Below, piece by piece: positions 1 through 10,290 of a DNA stretch of 64,000 nt. Source of the DNA: an uncultured delta proteobacterium (GTDB taxonomy: Bacteria; Desulfobacterota; Binatia; UBA9968); NCBI GenBank assembly GCA_963745035.1, contig CAVUVW010000014.1, positions 960,001 through 1,024,000 of the forward strand, in the 5' to 3' direction. The position numbers and the translations under genes were made by a program. The notes beneath the pieces are model-generated. The model did no database searches. It saw only the letters and a program-made list of their open reading frames with translations, and was not told where the DNA came from. The first letter of the stretch is position 1, and every line of letters starts with the position of its first letter.

Positions 1-1
1 C

Positions 2-985
2 GTGATCCGCCCGCAAACCGGCGAGATCAAGGCGATGGTGGGCGGCAGAAATTATCAAAAGTCGCAGTTCAATCGAGTCTTTCAGGCCAAGCGCCAGCCG
101 GGGTCGATTTTTAAGCCGTTCGTCTTCCTGGCGGCGCTCATGTATGGCGGCCAGAGCGGCACGAGATACACCCCGGAGACCGTTGTCAACGACAGCCAGT
201 TCACCTGGAGCTACGACGGCAAAACATGGCAGCCGAACAACTACAACAACGATTACTTCGGCGCGGTGACCTTTCGCCGCGCGTTGGAAAGCTCGCTCAA
301 TTCCGCCACGGCGCGGGTCGCGCAGGACGTCGGCATCCGGCGCGTGCGCGAAATCGCTCATCGCATGGGCATTCAGAGCTCCTTGCCGCCGGTGCCGTCG
401 CTCGCCCTGGGCTCGGCGGAGGTGACACCGCTCGAAGTCGCCGTAGCGTTCTCGACCTTGGCCAACGGCGGCGTGCGCACGCGGCCGCTGGCGGTCAAAC
501 TGGTGATGGACCAAAGCGCGCAGCCGTTGGAAAAGCGCGACGTGCGCGTCCAGCAGGTGATCAACCCGCAGCTCGCCCACATGATGAATTATCTTCTCAA
601 AGGCGTTTTTGACCGCGGCACGGCGACGGCCGCGCGCCGCATGGGCTTTACCCGGCCCGCGGCCGGGAAGACGGGCACGACCAACGACTACAAAGACGCC
701 TGGTTCGTCGGCTACACGCCCGACCTGCTCGCGGTGGTGTGGGTCGGGTTTGACGGTCAAAGCAAGTTGAATCTGTCGGGCGCCGAAGCAGCGCTGCCGA
801 TCTGGACCGAATTCATGAAGAGCGCGACGGCGAACATGCCGGTGACCGATTTTGTCGTGCCCGAGCCCATGGTGGAAAGCGAAGAAAGCGTCGCCAGCCG
901 ATGCGCTCCGTCCGCCGCCGAAGGGGAGTTGGCGGCCGCTTGTCCGCCGGCCGCGCCTTCCCGTCCATTTCGCGAGGCGCTATGA
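2..985 (+). CDS. Class A penicillin-binding protein (PBP1A/1B family), C-terminal transpeptidase part; 5'-truncated by window edge
   Basis: RQPGSIFKP (SxxK), SLN (SxN), GKTGTTND (KTG) and DAWFVGY motifs. Confidence 0.93.
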   Translation: MIRPQTGEIKAMVGGRNYQKSQFNRVFQAKRQPGSIFKPFVFLAALMYGGQSGTRYTPETVVNDSQFTWSYDGKTWQPNNYNNDYFGAVTFRRALESSLNSATARVAQDVGIRRVREIAHRMGIQSSLPPVPSLALGSAEVTPLEVAVAFSTLANGGVRTRPLAVKLVMDQSAQPLEKRDVRVQQVINPQLAHMMNYLLKGVFDRGTATAARRMGFTRPAAGKTGTTNDYKDAWFVGYTPDLLAVVWVGFDGQSKLNLSGAEAALPIWTEFMKSATANMPVTDFVVPEPMVESEESVASRCAPSAAEGELAAACPPAAPSRPFREAL

Positions 986-1740
986 GCGTCGCGGGCCGGA
1001 GAGATCGTCGAATCCTTCTCGCCGGCGCGGCGCTTGTGCTGGCGACGGCGCTCGCCGCCTGCGCGCCGCAGCGCCCTTACCGCGCGCCGCTGCCGCCAAG
1101 CCGCGTTCCAATCCCGCCGTCGCAACCGCTGCCGCCGCCTCCCAGCGCCGCCGGAAACGGTTTCCAAGCCGCTGCCGCCTGACCCTAAGATTCGCGAGCA
1201 GGATCTCAAATCCAAAGCGCCGCCGGTGTTGCCGCCGTCGGCCAAGGAGCCTGAGCGCCGTCCCGCGCCCGATAGCGCCGGTGGTGCCGCCGCCGCCTTT
1301 GGCCGACGACAGCTCCTTGCTCGCCAAGATTACTCCGGGAGTCTCGCCACAGCGCGCCGCATCCTTGCGGCTAACCGACGAGGGCAGCAAGCTGCTCGAT
1401 GCCGGCGAGCCGGCCAAAGCGCTCGACTCGTCTTGAAAGAACCATCGTCATCGATGCGACCAATCCTTACGGGTATTTTTATCTCGCCAAGGCCCAGTAT
1501 CGTCTCGGGCGCTACGGCGAATCGCTCAATTTTCTCGCCGTCGCCGAGTCGCGGCTGAGCGCCGAGCCCTTCTGGCTCGCTGAAGTGCATGCGCTGCGCG
1601 GCGAGAATTATCGCGCTCAGGGGCATTTGCAGCGCGCCGAGGCGAGCTACCAGCAAGCGCTGCGCCTCAATTCCGGCAACCGCACGGCCAACGACGCGCT
1701 GGCGCGCTTGCATGTTGAACCCGCGCCCGCGAGCAGATAA
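982..1740 (+). CDS. Lipoprotein with Pro-rich linker and C-terminal TPR domain (LpoP-like); frameshifted
   Basis: ATG overlaps PBP stop; signal peptide with lipobox LAAC; PPP-rich linker; TPR helices (YFYLAKAQYRLGRY, ASYQQALRLNSGN) split over several frames. Confidence 0.75.
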
Positions 1741-1751
1741 GTTTTCCCTTC

Positions 1752-2750
1752 ATGCTGGTTCTCGGCGTCGAAACTTCATGCGACGACACCGCCGCCGCGG
1801 TGTTGCAAGACGGCCGTACGATCCTCGCCAACATCGTCTCGTCGCAAGACCAGGTGCATGGTCCCTACGGCGGCGTGGTTCCCGAGCTCGCCTCGCGCCA
1901 GCACATCCAGAACGTCATGCCGATCGTCGACACGGCGCTCAAGACAGCCGGCGCGACGCTCAAAGATCTCGACGGCATGGCGGTCACCTACGGTCCGGGT
2001 CTGGTCGGCTCGCTGCTCGTCGGCTTGTCGCTGGTCAAAGGAATCGCGTTTCGCACCGGGATTCCCTACGTCGGCGTAAATCATCTCGAAGCCCATCTGC
2101 TGGCTATCCAGCTCGAGCACCGGGTGCCGTTTCCCTACATCGCTTTGCTTGCTTCGGGCGGCCACACCTTGCTCTATTGCGTCCGGGAAGTGGGTGATTA
2201 CGTTCATCTCGGCGGCACGCGCGACGATGCGGCGGGCGAAGCCTACGACAAAGTCGCCAAGATGATGGGCCTTGGCTATCCCGGCGGGCGAGTGATCGAT
2301 CAACTGGCGCAAAGCGGCAATCCGAACGCGATTCGCTTCCCGCGCGCCAAAATCAAAAGCGGCGCCTTCGAGTTCAGCTTCAGCGGCATCAAGACTGCGG
2401 TGTGGCACTATCTCAAATCGGTGCCTGAAGAAGAATGGCGCGAACGATCAGCCGATATCGCCGCCAGCTTTCAGGAAGCGGTGGCGGAGATGCTGGTCCG
2501 CCCGGCGATCAAAGCCGCGAGCGCGAACGGTGTGGAGCGCATCGTGCTTTCCGGCGGCGTTGCCGCCAACAGCCGTCTGCGCTCGAAGATGAAAGAGGAG
2601 GCGGACGCGGCGGGCTTGGCGGTGTTCTGTCCCGCGCCCAAGTTTTGCACGGACAACGGCGCGATGATCGCGCTCGCCGGCGATCACTGGCTCCGGCGCG
2701 GGCGGCGCGACGATTTTCGGCTCAACGCGGACGCCGATCTGACGCTCTAA
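1752..2750 (+). CDS. tsaD: tRNA N6-adenosine threonylcarbamoyltransferase
   Basis: LGVETSCDDT, GGVVPELASRQH, NHLEAH, DDAAGEAYDK, CTDNGAMIA motifs. Confidence 0.97.
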   Translation: MLVLGVETSCDDTAAAVLQDGRTILANIVSSQDQVHGPYGGVVPELASRQHIQNVMPIVDTALKTAGATLKDLDGMAVTYGPGLVGSLLVGLSLVKGIAFRTGIPYVGVNHLEAHLLAIQLEHRVPFPYIALLASGGHTLLYCVREVGDYVHLGGTRDDAAGEAYDKVAKMMGLGYPGGRVIDQLAQSGNPNAIRFPRAKIKSGAFEFSFSGIKTAVWHYLKSVPEEEWRERSADIAASFQEAVAEMLVRPAIKAASANGVERIVLSGGVAANSRLRSKMKEEADAAGLAVFCPAPKFCTDNGAMIALAGDHWLRRGRRDDFRLNADADLTL

Positions 2751-2791
2751 TACGGTTTCATGTTCAAGGTTCAAGAGTTCAAAGGGTCGTC

Positions 2792-3674
2792 ATGACCCTG
2801 TACGAAGAAGTTCGCGCGGCGCTGCGCGAGACCGAGCTCCGGCCGAAAAAAAGTTTGGGGCAAAACTTTTTGATTCACGACCGGGTGATCGACACGATCG
2901 CGCGCCTGCTCGATTTGTCGCCAGGCGAGGAGGTCTTGGAGATCGGCCCCGGCCTCGGGTTTCTCACCCGGCGCCTGCTCGAAAGCGGCGCCAAGGTGTG
3001 GGCCGTGGAGGTCGACCCGCTGCTGGTGGCGCGCCTGCGCCGCGCCGCCGTTTGGCGCCGATCCGAAGCTCGAGCTGATTCACGGCGATATTTTGGAAAT
3101 CGCTCTGCCCGATGCGCTGCCCGGCCGCAAGATCAAGCTCGCCGGCAACCTGCCGTACAGCGTTTCCACTCCGGTGCTGTTTCGCATTTTCGAATGGCGC
3201 GCGCATTTTTCCATTCTGGTGTTGATGGTACAGCGCGAAGTCGCCGAGCGCATGGCGGCGCGCCCGGGCACCAAAGAATACGGCGCGCTGTCGATCTGGT
3301 GCCAGGTTCATGGGCGGATCGTGGCGAAGGCGGCGGTGTCGCCGGAGGCGTTTTTCCCTCGTCCGAAGGTGCGCTCGACAGTGCTGAAGATCGAGTTGTT
3401 TCCCGAGCCGTTGATCGACGCGGTGGAGTCGTCGGCGCTGCGCGGGCTGGTGCGCGCCGCTTTCGGCCAGCGGCGTAAAACCCTCGGTAACGCGCTGGGC
3501 GCCTGGTCGGCGGGCGGGCGCGCGGAGATCGAGAATTTTTTGCGCGCCCAGGGCGTCGATTCCCAACGCCGCGGCGAAACGCTCAGCGTCGAGGAATTCA
3601 TCAAGCTCGCGCGCGCCGCGCGCCGCCAATCCTTGCCGACGGCTGGCAATGAATCTCAGTCCAAGAATCGCTAA
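2792..3674 (+). CDS. rsmA: 16S rRNA adenine dimethyltransferase; frameshift near 3050
   Basis: KKSLGQNFL, LEIGPGLG, GNLPY, MVQREVAER, FGQRRKTL motifs across two frames. Confidence 0.93.
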
Positions 3675-3709
3675 CTCACTAATTCACTAACTCACGACTC
3701 ACTCTTCCG

Positions 3710-4531
3710 ATGCCCGAGCTTCCTGAAGTCGAAACCGTGTGCCGCAGCCTGCGGCCGCATCTGCTCGGTCGAACCATCCGCCGGGTGCGCGTGCTGGAGC
3801 CGCGCCTGCGCGTGCCGGTCGATGCGCGCGCGCTTCGCGCCCTGGCCGGAACGCGGATCGATACCATTACTCGGGTTGCCAAGTACATCTTGCTGAACTT
3901 ATCGGGTGACGCCGTCTGGCTCTTTCATCTCGGCATGTCGGGAAAGCTGATCTGTGTGCAGCCCGAAGTGCCGCGGCGCAAGCACGATCACATTATTGTC
4001 GAGCTCGACGGCGGCGCGGAGCTGCGCTATCACGATCCGCGCCGGTTCGGCTTGTCGCTGGTGGCTAAGAAGAACCGTCTCGGCGAGCTGGCGCAGCTCC
4101 GCCACGTGGGACTCGATCCCTTCGATCCCAAACTGACCGCCGAGTATCTGTTTCGTTTCACGCGAGCTTCGGAGCGGCGCATACGGGATCTTTTGCTCGA
4201 CCAGCAAATCATCGCCGGGCTCGGTAATATTTATGCCAATGAAATTTTGTCTCTTGCCGCCGTGAAACCGACGACCCGCGCGCATCGCTTGAACCGCAAA
4301 CAGGTCGGCGCCATCGCGGCGACGATCCCGCAGTTGCTCAGCGACGCGATTCGCTGGTGCGGCACGTCGTTTTCCGATTACCGGGACGCCGACGACAGGT
4401 CCGGCGAGTTTCAAAATCATCTTCGGGTTTACGATCGCGCCGGCGAGCGCTGCCGGGTCTGTCCGAGCGTGATCAAACGCGTCGCACTCGGCAACCGCAG
4501 CGCGTATTATTGCCCGACGTGTCAGAAATAG
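3710..4531 (+). CDS. mutM: Formamidopyrimidine-DNA glycosylase
   Basis: N-terminal PELPEVET, HLGMSG, GLGNIYANE, C-terminal C4 zinc finger. Confidence 0.97.
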   Translation: MPELPEVETVCRSLRPHLLGRTIRRVRVLEPRLRVPVDARALRALAGTRIDTITRVAKYILLNLSGDAVWLFHLGMSGKLICVQPEVPRRKHDHIIVELDGGAELRYHDPRRFGLSLVAKKNRLGELAQLRHVGLDPFDPKLTAEYLFRFTRASERRIRDLLLDQQIIAGLGNIYANEILSLAAVKPTTRAHRLNRKQVGAIAATIPQLLSDAIRWCGTSFSDYRDADDRSGEFQNHLRVYDRAGERCRVCPSVIKRVALGNRSAYYCPTCQK

Positions 4532-4601
4532 GATGACTCGTTTAAGGTTCAAACAGTTCAAGCCGTTCAAACCGTTTCGAACGTCCGGTCGTTTCGAGCC
4601 G

Positions 4602-5865
4602 ATGAACAACTCCGGTACGGCGAGCTCCCGCTCTTCCAGCAAGCGCTGGCTTTTGTCGCCGCTGCGCCATCGCGATTTTCGCTTGTTCTGGTTGGGCTTG
4701 CTTTTTTCCAGCGCGGGCAGCCAATTCACCCAAGTGGCTATGGCGTGGCAAATCTACGAGCTTACCGATTCGCCGCTGCAGATCGGCATGATCGGCCTGG
4801 TGCGCGCGGTGCCGCAGATGATCGTTCTTCTTTTCGGCGGTCTGCTCGCCGACGCGATCGACCGGCGCAAGCTGATGATGATCACCCAAGTCAGCCATGG
4901 TTGCGTTTCCGCGAGTCTTGGTTTTCTGGCATGGCAAGGACATGGTGACGCCCATGGCGCTTTACAGCATGGCGGTGTTGCTCGCGCTGTTCAGCTCCCT
5001 GGAGTCGCCGTCGCGCCACGCGATCGTCACCAACCTGGTTCCAGCGCAAGATCTATCCCGCGCGCTGGCGATGTCGAGCACCCAGCGGCAGATCGCTACG
5101 ATTGCGGGCCCGTCGCTTGCCGGCGTCGTTCTGGCGATCGGCGGGCCCGCCATCTGCTATGCGGTAGACGCCGTCTCCTGGCTGCTCATGCTCGGGTTCC
5201 TGGCGCTCATTCGCGCGCAGCTGCCGCAGAGGGGCGGTTGGCGCACGATCACGATGGATTCGCTGCGCGCGGGGTTTCGCTTCGTGTGGGGCCACGCGGT
5301 GATCTTTCCGTTTTTGATGATGGATTTCGGCGCCAACATCTTCGGCACGGTGCGCTCGCTGTTTCCGATCTATGCGCGCGATATCCTCGCCGTCGGCCCG
5401 GAGGGATTGGGAATTCTCTACGCCGCCAGCGCGGGCGGGGCGCTGCTCGGCGCATGCGGCTTCAGCGTCTGGGGGACGGCGCGGCGCGCCGGCCGCTGGA
5501 TCCTGGTCGGCGTGACGATCTACGGGCTCTGCCTGCTGTTTTTCGCCACCTCGCAGATTTTCTGGCTTTCGATTCTCTTGCTGATCGGCTCGGGCATCGG
5601 CGATACGATCAGCGCGATCCTGCGCTCGACGATCAACCAGCTCAGCACGCCCGACGACCTGCGCGGCCGCATGGCGTCGATCAACAGCATCTTCACCAAC
5701 GGCGGGCCGCAGCTCGGCCAGTTCCAAGCCGGCGCATTGGCCGCGCTCATCGGCACGGAATTCGCCGCCGCGAGCGGCGCGATCATCATTTTGCTGATCG
5801 TCGGCGTTCTGGTGGCGCGTTTTCCGCAGGTGCGAGATTATCGCATCAGCCAGGCGAAGCCGTAG
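4602..5865 (+). CDS. MFS transporter (MFS_3/EntS-like); frameshift near 4940
   Basis: LRHRDFRLFW start, GGLLADAIDRRKL motif A, multiple TM helices, PDDLRGRM. Confidence 0.88.
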
Positions 5866-5999
5866 AACCAAGGGCTATGCGCGGCGATGGAATCGGCGGT
5901 TGTTCCGACAAAAAGGAATGCTTCGTCGAGCTCAGCTGAGCGGAAAGCGAGTGACCCTTCTCGCTTCGTTGGATCGATCGCGGATTTATCGACGGCGCG

Positions 6000-6947
6000 T
6001 CAAGCCTTGGCGGCACCCGCGGCGCCGTTGCCGCTGCCTTGTTGCTTGATCACGTTCATCGCGAGGGAAATCATCGAGCCCACGTCGCTCAAGGTTGCGG
6101 GTAAGATCAGCGTGTTTCCCGTCTGGGCGAGCTTGCCGAATTCCGCCAGATAATTTTCCGCGACCCGAAGCTGCACGGCTTCGAAGCCGCCGGGCTGCCG
6201 GATCGCCTCGGCGACTTTAGCGATGCCGTTGGCGGTCGCTTCGGCGATGGCCAGAATCGCCGCGGCCTCGCCTTCGGCTTCGTTGATTTGCTGCTGCTTG
6301 TTGCCCTCGGAGGCTTTGATCGCCTGCTGCTTTTCGCCTTCTGCGCTGTTGATTGCGGCGTCGCGTTGTCCTTCCGAGGTGAGAATCAACGCGCGTTTTT
6401 CGCGCTCGGCGCGCATCTGTTTTTCCATGGCGGCCAAGATGTCCTGCGGCGGCGTGATATTTTTGATCTCGTAGCGCATGACCTTGATGCCCCATGGTTC
6501 TGAGGCTTTGTCCAACTCGCTCACCACCTGGGTGTTGATATTGGTGCGCTCTTCGAAAGTGCGATCGAGCTCGATCTTGCCGAGCTCGCTGCGCAGGGTG
6601 GTTTGCGCCAGCTGGGTGATGCCGAAGCCGTAGTCGGCGATGCCATAGGACGCTCGCTCCGGGTTCAGCACTTTTAGATAAAGCACTCCGTCGACGGATA
6701 CTTGAACGTTATCTCGGGTGATACAAATCTGCGGCGGGATGTCGATGGCCTGTTCTTTGAGCGAATGCTTATAGCGGACGACGTCGAGAAAGGGGATCAA
6801 AATGTGAAAGCCGGCGCTGAGCGTGCCGCTGTATTTGCCCAAACGCTCGACGACATAGGCGCTTTGCTGCGGCACCACGACCGCGGTCTTGGCGACGACG
6901 ATAATAATGAGGAACGCCAGCGCGAGAACAACAATGAACCCGCCCAT
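6000..6947 (-). CDS. SPFH/stomatin-like (paraslipin, QmcA-type) protein
   Basis: VVERLGKY, CITRDNV, LAQTTLRSELG, QMRAEREKRA. Confidence 0.93.
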   Translation of the reverse strand: MGGFIVVLALAFLIIIVVAKTAVVVPQQSAYVVERLGKYSGTLSAGFHILIPFLDVVRYKHSLKEQAIDIPPQICITRDNVQVSVDGVLYLKVLNPERASYGIADYGFGITQLAQTTLRSELGKIELDRTFEERTNINTQVVSELDKASEPWGIKVMRYEIKNITPPQDILAAMEKQMRAEREKRALILTSEGQRDAAINSAEGEKQQAIKASEGNKQQQINEAEGEAAAILAIAEATANGIAKVAEAIRQPGGFEAVQLRVAENYLAEFGKLAQTGNTLILPATLSDVGSMISLAMNVIKQQGSGNGAAGAAKA

Positions 6948-6961
6948 AAAATTCTCCGTTC

Positions 6962-7397
6962 TTAGTTATTTTCCGGCTGCACAAAAAGCATGAGCCCTTC
7001 GACGCGCTCCACTTTGGCGCGCTCGCCGTTTTTCAGCGGCCGGCCGCCGGTGTTGCGGGCACTCCACGCCGTCGCCGCGGAGCTCGACTTTGCCGATCCC
7101 ATTGACCGGGATCTCGTCGTTCGCCACGGCGGTCTCGCCGACCAAGCTGTCGATCTTCATGTCCGGCGCTTGCTCGGTCAGCTTGAGCAGCTTTTCACGG
7201 AACAGCCACAGGGAGACGAGTGAGAGGATCGAGAATAAAAGGATTTGAAACCATACGGGGCCGCCGATGCCGAGGCCCGCGAGCACGCCAACGACGACCG
7301 CGCCGCTGCCGAAAAAGATGAAGTAAAAGCCGCCCGGCGTCACCAGCTCCGCCAGGAGCAGCAGCAGTCCGAGCAGGATCCAGATCCACCATTCCAT
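6962..7397 (-). CDS. NfeD family membrane protein; frameshift near 7070
   Basis: WWIWILLGLLLLLAELVTPG TM segment, OB-fold tail (GKVELRG..W.AR..VERVEGL), adjacent to SPFH gene. Confidence 0.85.
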
Positions 7398-7471
7398 AAA
7401 ATAGCTCACTTCGCGGTCGGCAGAGGGTAGCCGAGGGGGCTGGTTTTTCAAGCCGAATGGCCGAGGGGCGG

Positions 7472-8215
7472 TCAGCGCGACGGCAGGCGAAGGAAGCGTT
7501 TTTCCAGACCAAAGAGATCGATAAAGGCGCGGAATACGCGTTCGCTGATCTCGCGCAAACGGGCCATGTGGCGCGACGTGTCGCCGTAGATCTGCTCGAT
7601 GTGACAGTCGCCGCGCAGGGCCGAAATTTCCGTTTGGTTCTCGGGAACTCTGAGCCAGCGGTGGATCATCGGCTCGTCGACTTCCATGTGAAACTGAAAG
7701 CCGTAAACTTTGGCGCCGTAGCGATACGCCTGGTTGGCGCACAGGAAAGAGTAAGCCAGATGGCGGGCGCTCCGGGGCATGTCGAAGGTCTCGCCGTGCC
7801 ACTGGAAAATCTTCTCGGTCTTTTGCAGCGGCAGGAGCAAAGGATCGCCGCCCGCATCATCGGTCGGCGAAACGTCGTACCAGCCGATTTCCTTTTCGGG
7901 GTTGCGATAAACTTCGGCGCCGAGGGTCTTCGCGATCAACTGGGCGCCGAGGCAGATGCCGAGGACGGGCACATCGCGCCGCATGGCGTCTTCGATCAGC
8001 TTGAGCTCGGTGGTCAAGTGGGGCAGGCGATCGGCGTCGTTGACGCTCATCGGCCCGCCGAGAACGATCAGGCCGTCGTAGCCGTCGAGGCTCGGCTGAG
8101 CGTCAGGATGGCGCGCGAAGTTGACGTAGCGGATGCGAAAACCGGCGCGCTTCAGTAACGGATTCAGCGTACCGAGGAGCTCGTGCGCGACGTGCTGCAG
8201 GACCAGAAGCTTCAT
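7472..8215 (-). CDS. Type 1 glutamine amidotransferase (GMP-synthase-like)
   Basis: LGGPMSV, LGICLGAQL, FQWHGETF, FQFHME triad motifs. Confidence 0.92.
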   Translation of the reverse strand: MKLLVLQHVAHELLGTLNPLLKRAGFRIRYVNFARHPDAQPSLDGYDGLIVLGGPMSVNDADRLPHLTTELKLIEDAMRRDVPVLGICLGAQLIAKTLGAEVYRNPEKEIGWYDVSPTDDAGGDPLLLPLQKTEKIFQWHGETFDMPRSARHLAYSFLCANQAYRYGAKVYGFQFHMEVDEPMIHRWLRVPENQTEISALRGDCHIEQIYGDTSRHMARLREISERVFRAFIDLFGLEKRFLRLPSR

Positions 8216-8310
8216 CGCGGTTCAAATGCTGGGGTCATTCTTGTAGACTCAATTATAGCGGGTCGCCAGCGAGTTTTAAAACGACCGGCACCATCTTCAT
8301 GGAGGACGCC

Positions 8311-9857
8311 ATGAACAATCGTCACATCGAAGCCGCGTGGAACTATCACAACGGCACCAAGCACTCCTACGAAAGCGTTCGTACCAACCGGCACTATCTC
8401 GACTGGGAAAATCAGCCGCTGCCGTTCAAGATCTACTCGAAGCTGGCGCCCATTCCCTTGCCCGAGCAGCGAGCGCTTTCAGGCATGGCGGCGCTGGAGG
8501 CAATTTCGCTTGCCGGCACGGCCGGCGATCCATCGAAGGCTATTACAATCCAAGCTCTGGCGGATATGCTTTTCCTCTCCGCCGGCATCACCAGGCGCCG
8601 GAGCTACCCCGGCGGAGAAATTCTTTTTCGCGCCGCGGCGTGCACCGGCGCGCTGTACCACATCGATCTCTATTTGATCTGCGGGGATCTGGAAGATCTC
8701 GACGCGGGCGTGTATCACTTCAGCCCGCAGGATTTTTCACTGCGCCGCTTGCGCAAGGGCGATTATCGTTCCGCGTTGATCGACGCCAGCGGCGACGAGC
8801 CGGCCATTGCCGGCGCGCGCGTGCATGATCGCCGTCGGCCTCGACTTTCTGGCGCAACGCCTGGAAATACCAGGCGCGCGCCTACCGGCATTGCTATTGG
8901 GACAACGGCACGATCCTGGCAAACCTTCTGGCCGCTGCCGCGGCGCGCAAGATTCCGGCGAAGCTCGTCCTCGGCTTCGTCGATGCGGCGGTGAGCCGAC
9001 TTCTGGCTCTGGACAGCGGCCGCGAGGCGCCGCTGTCCATCGTCGCGCTCGGCGCCGGTTCGCGTCCCGATCCAATGTCTCCGGTCGTGGAAGCGCTCAG
9101 CTTTGAAACGGCGGCGCTGTCGAAATCGGCAATCGACTATCCCGCGATGCGAGCCATGCATCAGGCTTCGTCGCTGGAAAGCAAAGAAGAAGTTGCCGCA
9201 TGGCGCAAAGGCGCGGAAACGACAGAACGAGAAGACAGGACTAAGAGCGGCCGGCGGCTCTTTGCGTTGCGACTGCCCGGCGAGGAAGACATTCCCCAGG
9301 ACTCCGTCGAGGAAGTGATCGTGCGGCGCGGCTCGACCCGCGAGTTCGCACGGGTGCCGATAAGCTTCACCGAGCTCTCCCTCATGATCGACCGCGCCAC
9401 GCGCGGCATCGACAGCGATTTCCGCTCTCTTGATGCATTGCCGTTGAACGAGCTCTATCTGATCGTCCATGCGGTCGAAGGACTGCCCGCCGGCGCATAC
9501 GTGTTTCGGCGGCGCGAGCGCGCGCTCGAATTGTTGAAAGAAGGCGACTTTCGCCGCGAGGCGGGCGAGCTCGGCTTGGGTCAGGCGATTCCCGCCGATT
9601 GCAGCGTGAACGTTTACTTTCTGGCGGATCTGCGCGACACGCTCGCGCGCTTCGGCAACCGCGGTTATCGCGCCGCACAGCTCGAAGCCGCGGTCATGGG
9701 TGGAAAGCTCTATCTTGCGGCCTACGCCCAGCGCCTGGGCGCCTCGGGGCTGACTTTCTTCGATGACGATGTCACGGCATTCTTCTCGCCTGACGCAGCC
9801 GGGAAAAGCGTGATGTTTCTCATCGCGCTCGGCAAACCGGCAAAGCGGCAAAAGTGA
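8311..9857 (+). CDS. SagB/ThcOx-like tandem nitroreductase-domain protein; frameshifted
   Basis: YHNGTKHS..LDWENQP, FRAAACTGALY, RRGSTREF, GYRAAQLEA, GASGLTFFDD. Confidence 0.85.
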
Positions 9858-10290
9858 ATTCATAAGCGGCGCGCACGCGAGCTTTGTCGGGGGTTCGCCA
9901 AAACGACGGCGTCCCGAAGCTTGCGCGGCCTGCTCATCGCTAGGCCATCCGGAACCTGGAATCGATAGCTCTCGCGTTCTTCTTCCCCGAGCAACCCGCG
10001 GATACACGGCGTCAACCGCAGTTACCCCGCTCGTTGACGTCGGCGAAAGCCGGCGGTGTTCGCGTTTCGCAAATCCAGTGATTTGCAGCGAAACCAAAAG
10101 AAAAAACATGCGGTGGCATTGACGTTGCTCTAGCCGAATCACGTGAGCGGGAAGAGGCTTTCGAGCAATTCACACAACGGCGCGCGAGCGGGCAGGGTGC
10201 CGCGTGGCCGGTTCATCATTCTGCGCACTGACAATCAAGCCGAGCTCGACTGAACCCACTCTCGTTGGGGCAGGACGAAAGGAGAGTCGT

